In this document: positions 1 to 12,727 of the stretch, piece by piece
How the letters are laid out: the number at the start of each line of letters is the position of its first letter
How positions within the stretch are numbered: the stretch's first letter is position 1
Source of the DNA: Squalus acanthias
Taxonomy: Eukaryota
DNA: 64,000 nt
Assembly (NCBI GenBank): GCA_030390025.1
Contig: CM059432.1
Location: 137,580,001 to 137,644,000 of the forward strand
Direction of reading: 5' to 3'
Notes under the pieces: model-generated
Databases searched by the model: none
What the model was told of the DNA's origin: nothing
The model's input: the letters and a program-made list of their open reading frames with translations, nothing else
Translations under genes and position numbers: made by a program

Positions 1-189
1 ACATTCATCTCTGGAGACAATATTTTGCATTGCAGACTCAACTGGCATCTGCACCTGGGTTTTTCCCCAGGAGTCAATTTATTTTTCCCAAGCTCCTTAT
101 GCGAGGGCTGATGGAGGAGCATCATTGCCATGAAGATGGGGATGGGAGAAGAATGCGAAAAACAAAATACTAAATTAAAATAAAATAAT

Positions 190-580
190 CTTTTCTCTGG
201 AAAAGGGAAGGCTGACGGGGTGACCCAATAGAGGTCTTAAATTATAAAGGGGTAGACGTAGAGAAGATGTTTCCACTTGTGGGGGAGACCAAAACTAGAG
301 GCCATAAATATAAGATAGTCACTAATAAACCCAATTGGGAATCAGGAGAAACATCTTTACCCAGAGAGTGGTGAGAATGTGGAACTGCCTACCACAGGGA
401 GTAGTTGAGACAAATACCGTAGATGCATTTAATGGGAAGCTAGATAAATACGTGGGAGAAAGGAATAGAAGGATATGCAGGTAGAGTAAGCTGAAGTAGG
501 ATGGGAGGAGGTTTGTGTGGAGCATAAACACCGGCATAGACCAGTTGGGCCGAATGGCCTGTTTCTGTGCTGTAAATTCT
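190..580 (+). mobile_element. CR1-like 3' fragment
   Basis: TRGH-coding segment, ...tttacccagagagtggtgagaatgtggaac, and tgggccgaatggcctgtttctgtgctgt tail. Confidence 0.8.
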
Positions 581-983
581 ATGCAAGAAAAATGCCACAC
601 TCGGTTGCATTTTACGCATTTCTCATTTTACTTTCGTTTATAATAAGTACTTCTGCAACTTGCACCAGTGAACCAATAGTGATCATGGACACCCCCTGGG
701 CAGAAGATTCATGTGTTATGTGCAACTGGATAGATCCTCTAGTCATTAATTTCTTCCTTATTTCTCCACCACTCCAACATAGGACTTTCTGCTACGGCAA
801 TATGATCCATCTAATACCCAACTGAACCCAAGAAAAAAAAACGGTTTCCATTAGGCATGACTAGGTATACATGTTATAAAGTTTCAATATTTGAACCCAA
901 GACCTCAATAACAGAGAGCCCAGTATGATAGCTGACAATATAGCTCCTGGTCTATTGCCTAATGCTGCATAGGAGCATTTGGA

Positions 984-1212
984 CAAAAGCAAAATACTGC
1001 AGATGTTGGAAATCTGAAATAAAAACAGAAAATGCTAGAAATAGTCAGCTGGTCAGGCAGCACCTGTGGAGAGAGAAACCGAGTTAACGTTTCAGATCGA
1101 TGACCTTTCGTCAGAACGTACATGGCCATCGACCTGAAACGTTAACTCTTGTTTCTCTCTCCACAGATGCTGCCTGACCTGCTGAGTATTTCCAGCATTT
1201 TCTGCTTTTATT
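984..1212. mobile_element. Palindromic Penelope-derived element (inverted terminal-repeat pair)
   Basis: Inverted arms centred ~1120; flanks taggagcatttgga (970-983) and taggaacatttgga (1213-1226) resemble a TSD. Confidence 0.75.
1082..1117 (-). ncRNA. Minimal type I hammerhead ribozyme motif (PLE-associated)
   Basis: Minus strand GTT CTGACGA A AGGTC-ATC-GATCT GAAA CGT T AACT; core intact, one G-U pair in helix II. Confidence 0.55.
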
Positions 1213-2849
1213 TAGGAACATTTGGAACCAGGTTTTGCCAAATAGAAATCAAGGCAGTCTTTTCTCAAATGTAAGTATTTAGCACATTTGCAGCTATGTT
1301 ACAAAATTCACACAAGGAATATTAATTTCCTTTTGGATTACATCGTAATGCTGGGAATGTTGCATGAGGGTGGCGATCTCCACATTGCCACTGTCCACCA
1401 CGGACAGAATGCAAGTCTTGAATCTAGCCAACCCAAGTGAAAGGTTTGCTTTTGTTCAGCTTAGCCTGGAGTATATCTTAACAGGGAGTGATTGATAGAG
1501 AAATGATGCTGTCCCATTAAATGCCCCTCTCATTATGGAGCGTTCCTGAATGCAACAGTGGAGAACTCTGTACCCCGACTGTCCCACCCTACTTGCATGG
1601 TACCAGGAAGCTAATGACTGGATAAAATGGGTGGGCAGGGAAGTGAGGCAAAATTAGATGTCCAATCTGGTGGTTTTCCTATGAGAGAAAATCAACCAGA
1701 TTTACCTTTCCACCACCACCCACGATTTCATGGTCATCTCTGTTCTGCCAGACTGCCTATCTGACATCAAGTCAGGGGTAACCCAGAACAACTGAATGTT
1801 GGGAAAACAGAAACCATCTTATTCCACTCCTGCCAAAAGAACTATACCCTTCCCCAGCTGCTTGATCCCACTGAACTGCACAGTGCACAACTTGGGTGCA
1901 CTGTTGGACCCTAAACTGAGCTTGATGACCTAGGTTTCAGCCATTTTGGCCCAACTCATTGAAACTTCCTTCCTAAGCCTCTCCTTTCTCCCTATCCTTA
2001 ACAGTCACCTCAACACTTATCTTCGGTCATTGGTCATCTCTCCTAACTCTTACTGCTCAATGCTCGTTCTCTTGTGTGAAGCCTCCAGACTGTGATTCAT
2101 TACATCAAGGTCAATATAGAAATTCAATAAGTTGTCTCAAAAATGTTTTTAAATGATCAGTGGTCGTATTAGAATTACAACTAATATCAATGTGGCTTTT
2201 CGATTACTTTTCCCATGGCTTAACGTTTCCTTCTCAACCCAATGGTATAATCCTCCACTAACTGCTAATATCTTTGCTTTGAATTGATGAATATATGTGG
2301 TGATAAAATGGTGCAATAATCAATGAGAAAAAATGTATTATGGGTAATCAGTGTTGATTTTCAAACAGTATAACTTGCCCACTTTTTTTTTAAATGTTGA
2401 CGAATTTTGTGCTCGTGAGGGTAAAGGATATCAGTGCTTGTAGACGGAACTTATTTTTTAATTAACATTTTGTGCCCAATTATCCACATCAGGACCCTCT
2501 TGGCTCAAGCATAATATGAATTCAGCTTTCAATAAAACTGCCGCTATGTTGCCCAACAATGGGTTTGGATCCCAATTCCAATCTGTGATCAGTTTGTGCT
2601 GAATGATGAGTGGTTTTGTGAAGTGGACCTCTGCCCCCTCAGCCACAAAAGGCCAGGAAAGAGTCTCATCGAGATGAAAATGTCTTTCTATCAAGAAGCA
2701 CCACCAATTGATTTATTGCTGATTGTTCTCTCTCATGTTTCTAACTTCCTTCTATATTTTTCTATTCAAGAATTTATTACTGTATGTTCTTTGTTCTTGT
2801 AATCTTGGAGCAGTTTTAATTTTATTTTTAAAAAAATGATATGCAAAAA

Positions 2850-3240
2850 TAAAGAACTTACATTTATATAGCACCTTTCATGACCTCAGGACGTCCCAAT
2901 GCGCTTTACAGCCAATTAAGTACTTTTGAAGTGTAGTCACTGCTGTAATGTAGGAAATGCGGTAGCCAATTGGTGCACAGCAAGCTCCCACAAACAGCAA
3001 TGAGATAAATGACCAGATAGTCTGTTTTTAGTGATAATTGAGGGATTAAATATTGGCCAGGACACATGGGAGAACTCCCCTGCTCTTCTTCAAAATAGTG
3101 CCATGAGACCTTTTACATCCACCCTGAGAGCAAACTGGGCCTTGGTTTAACATCTCATCTGAAAGATGGCATCTGTGACAATGCACTCAGCAATGCACTG
3201 GGAGAGTCAGCCTAGATTATGTGCTCAAGTCTCTGGACTT
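2850..3240 (-). mobile_element. Deu-domain SINE (SacSINE1-like)
   Basis: Reverse copy of the family at 23560-24011. Confidence 0.75.
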
Positions 3241-4504
3241 GATCCAGAGTGAAGATGCCTTAGTTCAGATATTTGCTTCTGTTCAATCTGGAGTGGCCTA
3301 AGTCAATAGAATATAGAGATAGATCTGAACTGCTTTAAGATTGGGTTTAGTGGGGTGCTAGGACCATTGGCTACTAACTTTGCCATCAGCAGTTCCAATG
3401 TAAGCTTGCCGGATTTGCAGTGGTCAGCCTCCAGGAATACCTTTTTTAATGAAGGTCTGTCGCACTCCACTTAACCCAAAATAAATGCAACCCTGGCTAC
3501 TATTCAAAATAAATAGTCCATGGGTGTTCTGGCTGATTAACCAAAGCATTGAAAGAACAGCCTTGGCATAGGCTAGGAGCAGGTCACCTGTCTGCCTTCT
3601 CGGGTATAGGTAGACGGGGTTTTTCTAAATACGGAAATATATACATCATCTAATTGTCTATGGCTTTCAGCAATTCAAATTCCCCTATTCATTCTCCAAA
3701 TGGAAAAGTCCAGCCTTGAGCAGAAAATCAAGTCCATAACATGTAAAGTTTTGGTTTGACCATCTTCCACTAACCGAGTTCAGATTAGCTCCCTAGTTCT
3801 TACTGAGCCTACACTCCTCGTTAGCTGCCCAAGCTAGTTGCTCAAGCCCCAACTGACTGGTGAAAATAGGGTCTAATATGGAGGCAGAAGCCTTCATCAC
3901 GTGGAGTTGATGGATTTATGTTTGAAGTATTTTTTGGATTCATTTAGATATTGAACCTGCTTAAATAAATGTTAGTGGATAAAACTTGGCAATTGAAATG
4001 ATATAAAATTCATAGTTGCCTTTTTTTTGCAACATGACCTAACCTTTTTTTTTAAAGAGAAAAAAATCTAAGTGCTCTAGAGTTCTGCTTGACTACTGAC
4101 AAAGAACGTTCACCAAGCTATGACACCAAAGCCCTCTTTTGTTTCTTACTCAATAACCGTATTCAGTCAAACAAAGAATAACTGTTAAAACATATTTAGT
4201 ATGCTGATGGCTTGATGTTTTGTCACTGCATCGAGCTCGGAATAGTACATGTACTGTTCTGTCTCAATTTGCATGTGATAACATATCAAAAAATTGGGTG
4301 AATATAGGTTTAATTTTAATGAGTGAATGCGCGATTAAGAGAAGATAAAGCGTTGACTTAACAGAAAGGTAACTGCTTTAGAAGCTAAAATCTGTTCTGT
4401 GGAATTGGTGGTGAAATGACTAAGGATGTCCTTGTGAAAAACAGCATTGTTCTGGAATGTGTTTTCAGAGGCCTGTATTCATTGCTTGTACTTGTTATTT
4501 GCAG

Positions 4505-4977
4505 CAGAGGCAGATGTTAATCGGAACAATGGATCCTCCTCAAAGCAGAAGAAGATGGTGGTGACAGGCTCCAAGAGTGCAGAGGACCCAAAGAATGCCT
4601 GGAAGTCGCCCAACACAGCTGAGCCAGCTGTTCGCCCACACTTGGTCCGCCTCTTTTCCCGTGACGCACCAGGACGTGAGGACAACACCTTCAAAGACCG
4701 CCCATCGGTATCAGAAGAACTTCAGGCCATCCAAGAGGATAGCTCAGTTCCTGGGGTGAGCTCAGATTTGATGGAAGTGCAGAAACTGTCCTCACAATCA
4801 TCAACTAGTTCAGATAAGAAGGGACAAGTAGCAAAACAAATGGCATCCGCAACCACCTCAGACCATGCTAAGCAAGCTGGAGGAGCCCATTCAAGGCAAA
4901 GAGACTCAGGTCTACTCGACCAGCTGGGAAAACTTTTTGGACAAGAAGGATCCAGGAAAGTACCTGAAAAGGGCAAG
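4505..4977 (+). CDS. MBP: Golli-MBP exon: Golli domain C-terminal part plus classic MBP exon 1 (classic MBP ATG at 4840)
   Basis: ORF 4447-4995 encodes ...[11 protein letters not shown]...[24 protein letters not shown] (Golli signature), then [46 protein letters not shown] (shark MBP N-terminus). Acceptor tttgcag| at 4504/4505 (phase 1); donor AAG|gtgagc at 4977/4978. Upstream Golli exons were not found in the window. Confidence 0.96.
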
Positions 4978-7900
4978 GTGAGCTCTGAGGGATAGAGGAA
5001 TGACCAGGAGCTTAAAACCCTCAGAAGAGGGTTCTACAAACTGTCTCAGTATCCGCAAAAGTTGAAATAGCCAGTCGCCCATTCTAAATGTTGACAGTCT
5101 TTTCCTTTTTTTTTAAATAGAAGCTTGTTTATAATGAAGAATTTGACAGAGGCTTATGCATTACTTTTCCTACTTCAATTATTGTAAAAGGACTGTGCAT
5201 GTTTAATATGTAGATATTAAATAGTTTCTGGTGAAAAGGAGTGTAATGCAGGGGCTGAAGTAAATAATGCTTTATAAATCTTTGAGGACCTTACAGTTTC
5301 TGGACTAACTAATACATAAAATATTAGGTCGATTTTGCGAATGAACTTTGACTCAAATAACAGAGTCCAAATGAATGCAGGGAAGGAATAAAAGTGGGCT
5401 TCAGTGGTCTTCTATGATATTTCATACTTGAGTTCTAAATTCTTGATGCATCTTTCAGTGAGGAGCAGTAAGATGGAATCAATATCTTTGATTTTGATTG
5501 GTGGTGGTGAATCACTGGGTGATTTGCGTTCCCCCATTCAGATCATTCAGTGTAAATCGGGCTACTAATGCCTGCAGTGGACAGGATCTTGAAGTTCTTG
5601 ACCTTGGAGAGTGAACGATACACCTCCTATATGGGGACCCACCATCAGGAGTTTTTCCTGATATTTGCTTTAGTCTAGTTGTGGTCAAGTTTAAGTTTGG
5701 TCCATTCCAGTGAGCAATTAGTCACTTAAAAAACCGTGTTGCTATTTATTAATGTTCTGTTGTAGTCACTGTCCTCTGCTTAGGTTATGTTTACATTAAG
5801 TGATGTTAACTAAATGGCAGCCTGTTACTTTTATGTAACTGCCCGTTTTTGTTTTGGTCCTTCTAAAATTGCAGAGATTCAGCCATTTATTTCTCAACCT
5901 GTTTTCTTTCTGTTCGAATGTTGCACACCTCCAGTTTGTTGGGTTTTTTTTTGTTGTTGCCTGCGATTATACCTCATTAATAATGTTGAATTGAAACAAA
6001 TGACTATCTGCCAAAGCTTTTGTGTTCATTGCTGGCTAGATTGTCTCCTGTAGCTTTGTGCGGTCCCTGTGCATTGGGATCGCCCGTTTTTTGCAAATGA
6101 ACTTTGACTCAAATAGCAGAGTCCAAATGAATGCGGGAAAGGAATAAAGTGGGCTTCAATTGTCTTGTACGATATTTCATACTTGGGTCTGTGGTAATAA
6201 TTTAGGTACTGCTGCAACCATCATTAATATTGCCAATGATTGTTACTGTTGGGCAATATATGGATTCCTTATCAAAATATCCTACAGGAGATTTAAAACA
6301 GCAATTCTTTGGAACTGTATAAAACATAAAATGTCCTGATATTTAGCTCTATAGAACAAAATTGTAAAAAGCAATGCACTATATCTTGCTGGATGTAAGA
6401 TGATCCCTATCGGGATGATTTTGGAATCCTACTAAATTTCTTCTTGCTAAACACCATGTTTTATTTTCATTTCTGTACAATATATGAGTTACTTGTCCTA
6501 TTTGAGCCACATTTATCTGCAACTTGTAAATAAGTGAGTTTGTAGATTTTTCTTTAAGCTGTCAGTCCCAGTCAAGACGATCTGAACATGGTGTTTTAAT
6601 GATCTGTCACAGCAGTGGTGTGGGGCGTTGGAAACATAGCTTTAATCTGCTGTATGTGACACAGCGTTTAGTGGAGTATGAGTTACAACAGACATCCTAC
6701 CGATCCACTGTAGTGTGATACTCGCTCCACTTTATACCAGTGATGACGCCAGAAAGATAAAGATGCTGTAATTTGAATTTTATTCTTGGGGGAGAAGAGA
6801 AAACCTACTCTGAACCTTATCTATAAATTACACGGAGCACTTTGATTCGACAGAAAGATTAAACTAGAACCATCTTGCGGTTGAGAAGGACAGTTGCCTG
6901 ATTTATTGTGTTTGAGGCATCTTTCTTGATTTGGCGTCTCCTGAACTATTCTTCAGAGAGTGGCATGTTGAAATATTATTGAAAGGCACTCTGATAATGA
7001 AGAGGACTGTTCAGACCTGCTGTGTGGTCATGGAGCTGTATCTGAGAACTCAAATTTGCCTAGTGCTCTGGATCCTATCCTCAAGCCCAACCAGGCAGAA
7101 ATGTTAGGCATGGGCTTGTTGTCGTTCTCAGTTAAATGCGAAGCTGCATTTGTTGCTGATAATAGATCACTGCTTCCCCCTCCTCCTCTTGTTAATACAT
7201 TTTTCTTGAAAAAGATTGTGCCCGTCCCATTAACGCAGCCCACTGCAGCAATTAGCAACAGCAGTTAGACACTCGCTCTTTGTGCTAGTGGTACGCTGAC
7301 ATTAAATGAGATTGCATCTGAATTTGCAGTGAAGCAGATTCTTTGCAAGGAACAAAAGTGGTTGGGTGGAAATAAACGCCCACGTGCCCCGAGGAATGAC
7401 CCCTGAATTTTTCTCTCGCTCACACACACACACACAAAACTGTTCAAACAGGCTATCAATAAATTTACATTCATTATTGCCAGCATAGTGCTGCAAAAGG
7501 GTGCCATTTTGTTCAGTAGTGACTGGCAGCATTGGTCTATGGGAGTATTGTAACTGGTACAGTGTCACCAAGTGCTGCGGGTGGGACAGCTGACCAGTAA
7601 CCCGCCATAGAAACCCTCCTCTGTCAGCTGTAGAAATAGTATGCCTTTTATTTTCTGCCTGAAGATTGAATAGCCTGGCTGAGTCCAAGTTCCTCCCTGT
7701 ATTCTGTGCATTGCGATGAGTTGGAAAGCCAAGACAATTCAAAGTCGTATTTAACCATTTTAAAGTAAATATATGTTTAGGTTTCAACCAAAATGCCTTC
7801 AAAAACTGCATTTGCACAGAATGGCCAGGATCATTTGAACTAAATATGCTCCCATGATGCGGTGGATATAGTGGATAGTATTACATTTCTGTCCTGGTAC

Positions 7901-10471
7901 ATGTGCGTGTTTTTGTTATTCTTTGATGACCAATGGGGCATTTTCCACCTGGCTGATGTGAACACTCTTAAATTTTAAATCAAAGCATCCATTGGTGGCA
8001 CCAGCCTTGCACAAGTGATGTAAACAGGCTTTAAGGCAGCACGACTATTTAATTCAGAAAGCAATGCCAGCAAACCACTTGCCTCTCCACGAAATAGGTT
8101 TAATTTCATGGGATTGTTTTTGTCACTCCAGCCCACCTATATGCCCAGCCATTGTTCCCGAGTATCTCCGCTGCCTGTCTCTCTGCCTCCTGACCTGCCT
8201 GCCACTCCAGTTATATCCCCCTTTTGTCTGTCATTCTATCCTTCCCGTTAACCTGGCCTGGTTCTCTCCCTATCACTCTACCTTGTGTCCTTTATTGCAA
8301 CAGTGACTACACTTCAAAAGTACTGCATTGGCTGTAAAGCGCTTTGGGACGTCCTGAGGTTGTGAAAAGCGCTATAGAAATGCATGTTCTTTCTTTTCCT
8401 TGAGTACCACTCCAGTCCACCGACCGCCCCTCCAGCTTTCCTCCACTGACTGTGACTCCACCCTCCTTCCCCACCAGTTGCTCATCCTCCACTTTCCTGC
8501 CTGTCCCACCTGTTACTCCACTCCACCCAGTCACTGCGCCTTCCCTCCCTTATCTGTAACTCTGGCCTTTTGATCTGTTCGCTGTTACCTCTGCCTCTCC
8601 CACCTGATTTGATCGCAAGCTTTCAGTTTTCTTCTGCGGGTGCCTTGGTGAGGTGGGCTCATGAGCTGTGGCCGAGTGGAAGCGATTATATTTTGCATTT
8701 TTTCTCACCAATTCATACTCAGTGGGCAGAAAATCTAGTTTAATTCCTTAATGAAGTCAAAGAGTGGAAATGGAGGGGGGGCAGAACTGACTGGGTTGGC
8801 GGTTGAGCATTTTGTTTTAGGAGAGGTGGTGGGAGGAAATAGAGATAAAGGCAAAATTAATGCCTTCCCTTCATAAAGCAGACCTCCTGTGTTGGCCAAT
8901 CATGATCTGGATATGTCCATGGCCCATACATACTTACCTCTGGGGTAAAAGTAACTGGCAGTAACTATGAGAAAATAAAAATGGATTGCAATTGAAGCTG
9001 AAAAAAAGTGTTATATGTCTTTCTAGTATTTGTTACATAAAGTAGCTCAAAAAACCAAAGGTATGGAATCACCCTAAAAATTGTCACTTTAAAGACGAAC
9101 ATCAAAATACTAATCAAATATTTCAAAATCCCAAACTAAGTATCATATTACAAGGCTTTGGTATAAATCTGGTCATTAAGTGATGGATTTTGGGGTTGCG
9201 GGGGGGGGCGGGGGTTTGTATAGAAATTTAATAGATGAGTCACGTTTGCCCTCATTATCTGGTGAATCCAATGAGGTAATTGGTATTTTGTAAGTTTTAC
9301 TATCCTGACTGTATACTTAGACCAAATCCATTTGTAAATACTTTCACCACAGTGTTACATGGTACATAATACAAACTGCAGTGCAAACCAAATAAGATCC
9401 TGCCTTCAAGACTGGGAGAATTCTGATTGAAAGACATCTGTGATCTAAATATCATGATTTGCAGGGATAAAATTGGATTGGCTTTTATTTTTAGGGGGTA
9501 TATGTTTTTTTTTTTAAATCATTTTTTCTTCCCTTTCCCTTTTCTTGAGTCTCCAGTCACCTATGGGCGGAAGTCCTGTTTTTAGGCTTCTGACAAGGCC
9601 ACGCTGGAACTGGTTGCTCGTAAATACTTGGCAGCAACCTGGAGTAAGTTTTTCCCCCTCCCCCATAACAGGGCGGTCGAGATTGCCTATTCATGCTGTG
9701 GAAGGGGAGGTGCGTACAAAACCACATCGCTATAACCTTACTGGCTCAAGAAGCCAGTGCATCTCTAGTCAACCTGGACTCTCATACCAACGAGTTTGTG
9801 ATCTGAATCTATGATCTTGTGAGGTTTCTACTGTGTATATTGTCCATTTGCTTTGAATGTTCTTGATGTGCCGTCAATAAAAAGAATGGTATACTCTGAA
9901 CAATTTTTTTCAAAAACGCATTGTATCAAAGATGTTTTTCTTACAGTATTTTGTTTTGCGGCTGAAGATTAACAATACACTCCAGCAGAAATGTCCTGTT
10001 GGTTATCTGTGTAACAGAACTGAATCTTTTACATTGTGGCTGTGGCTTCAATTCCGCCCTAAACTGCATCTTCTAAAAATAAATGTAAATGGCTGTTAAT
10101 TGCTTACATTTAGGATTATGCATTAAACTCTAACATGAGCTTAACCATTTATGAGTGGGTGTGTGTGTGTTATAATGTCTAACCTCTGAAGAGTAGCTGT
10201 GTTGTTTTCTATAATGGCCCCATCCACACACCTGACGCTCGGCAGACTGACATCCCTTTACCTTAGAATTACTTTCTCGACAGATAATGGAATTTGTACA
10301 TGGAGCCACCAAGGCTTCTAATTGAAATTCCAGTACCTCGGGACTTTTTAAATCATCACTGGTTTGTCTAGATTGGGTCGAAAGTGTTGCATTTTGCAAT
10401 CCTTGTTCTGAAAAGAATGGATAGAAGATTGAAGAGCTGCCACCGTTGTCCACCTGGCACTGGATTTCCCA

Positions 10472-10912
10472 GGTGTTGGCCTTGGCTTAGTCTTATCTCT
10501 GAGGGTTGTGGGTTCAAGCCCCACTCCAGAGACTTGAGCACATAACCTAGGCTGACATTCCAGGGAAGCACTAAAGGAGTGCTGCACTGTTGGAGGTGCT
10601 GTCTTTTGGATGAGACATTCTCTCAGGCGGACGTAATAGATCGCATGGCATTCTTCAAAGAGTAGCAGGGCAAGAGTTGTCCTGACCAACATTTATCCTG
10701 ACCAACATTTATCCCTCAACCAACATTACTAAGACAGATTATCTTGTGATTTATTCTGTTGCTGCTTGTGGGATCTTGTGTTTGTAAATTGGCTGCCACG
10801 TTTCCTACATTACAACAGTGACTATACTTCAAAAAAAGTACTTTCATTGTGCGTTAAGCGCTTTGGGACATGCTGAGGTCAGAAATAGCACTATATAAAT
10901 GCAAGTTCTTTG
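10472..10912 (+). mobile_element. Deu-domain SINE (SacSINE1-like)
   Basis: tRNA-like head (ggttcaagcccc), Deu core, ...ctatataaatgcaagttcttt tail. Confidence 0.75.
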
Positions 10913-12727
10913 TTTGTTTATTTTTCTAAGGGAGAAACATGACTCTAGAATTTTGTCTGAACTATTAGTTTCCTAACCATCAACATTTACTCGTTTCTGT
11001 GTGATCTGGCAACATGGGCACATTGATATGACGAAGAGTGATATCCATTGGATGTGCTGAGAAAAATCTTTTGGCCAATTTGAGAACCATAATCAACATG
11101 TCCATTTAGAGATGTGCAAGGTTGCCATGAAGCAAGTCAATCCATTATTTAAAAAGTGATGTGGGTGGTGAGAGAGGTAAGCCGTGTAGTTTAGGGAAAA
11201 TACTTTGAGAAGCATTAGAAACAGGGATCTGAAAAGGTTGCTGATCTTCCTGCTTCTAGAAAGAAAATGCAGTAAAGTCATTTTAAAATTCCTTGCAGGG
11301 ACCAATGCCATCTTTACACTGATTCAGTTTGGTATGAGTTTTAGACATGTTTTCAGTGTGAACCCCCATGTTACATTTTATGTAATGTCAGTTTAATATA
11401 GATGGAGATTCACATGGGTATTGCTTTTTGGAAAAAAAATTCCCCCTTTTTTCAATATCGGGACAATGCTGGCAAGGCCACTTTTATTGGCCATCCCTAG
11501 TTGTCCTAAGAAGGTGGTGGGCTATCTTTGTACAGCTGAGTGGCTTGTTTGACCACTACAACAACAATAACTTGCATTTATATAGTGCCTTTAATGTAGC
11601 TTCACAGGAGCATGATCAGACAAAAATTGACACCGAGCCAAAGAAGGAGACATTGGGACAGGAGGTACGTTTAACAAGGGTCTTGAAGGAGGAAAGAGAG
11701 GTGGAGGCATTCCAGAGCTTGGGGCCTAGGCAGCCGAGCATGGGTCAATCATGTTGTGTGGGACTGGAGTGACTTGCAGGGGTTCCTTTCTCTAAAGGAC
11801 ATCGGTGAACAAGTTGGGTTTTTATGATAATCCAGCAACTTTCATGGACATTTTTATTGGTGCTAGCACATAAATGGCCAAATTTATTGTATTCAGTTTC
11901 ACAACTTGCCATGGTGGTGTTTGACGCACGACCTCTAAGTTGCTTGTCCACAACCAGCAACTGCTTGAATTGCAGTTTCAAACCTTGCCTGTATCGCCTC
12001 TATGTGGTCATCCCTCATGTAAACCTAGATGATGAATATCCATTAGGCTGTCCATGCAACATTCTTCTGCCAGTGTCCTCCTTTATGCTGGCTGTTTGTC
12101 AGCAGCCCAAAGTGAATCTCTGTCAAATTTTTACTCTCTCCTTGTACCTCTCAGTTCAACGCCAAGCCATGTCATGATGGTGAATGGCTGGTACAAACCC
12201 ATGACCTAATGCTCATACGTACTACATATGTAGGAGCTTCCCCTTGGATAAATACACCAGGTAGTGTGATAATGAACCATACAAACCAGGATGGTCCCAG
12301 CTTTGAACCTTGGTCAGTCCTGTTTCAACTGAGGTAGAATTCTGATCACTACAATTAACGGCACCATACTCTGTCCTGCGGGTTTGGGGGGGCGGGGTGG
12401 AAATTCAGTAATGATTCCTGCTCCTGACAGTTGTACAATGATACCTAGTGGCAAACCCATTTGTGGATGTTGGGTGAGGGCAGAATTCGGATCCACTATG
12501 GTATCTCCTATGGCCACATTGTCTGCCATAAGCTATATGAAAATTGATACCTTGGGCAAGATATGAGTCACTTTGCCCAGGAGTAAATTAAGTTGGGGGC
12601 GGGGGGGGAGGAGAAACTGGAATAAGAATACATATATAAAATCCTATCTGAAGAGAGAACAATGTGCACTTCATGGCTGTTTGAGGTTTATGGTCTGCCT
12701 GCCTGCAACCTTTTACCCAACATAAAT

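Noticed and set aside
4447..4504. N-terminal part of the 182-aa ORF
   Set aside because: Intronic sequence upstream of the splice acceptor; the ORF starts at TTG.
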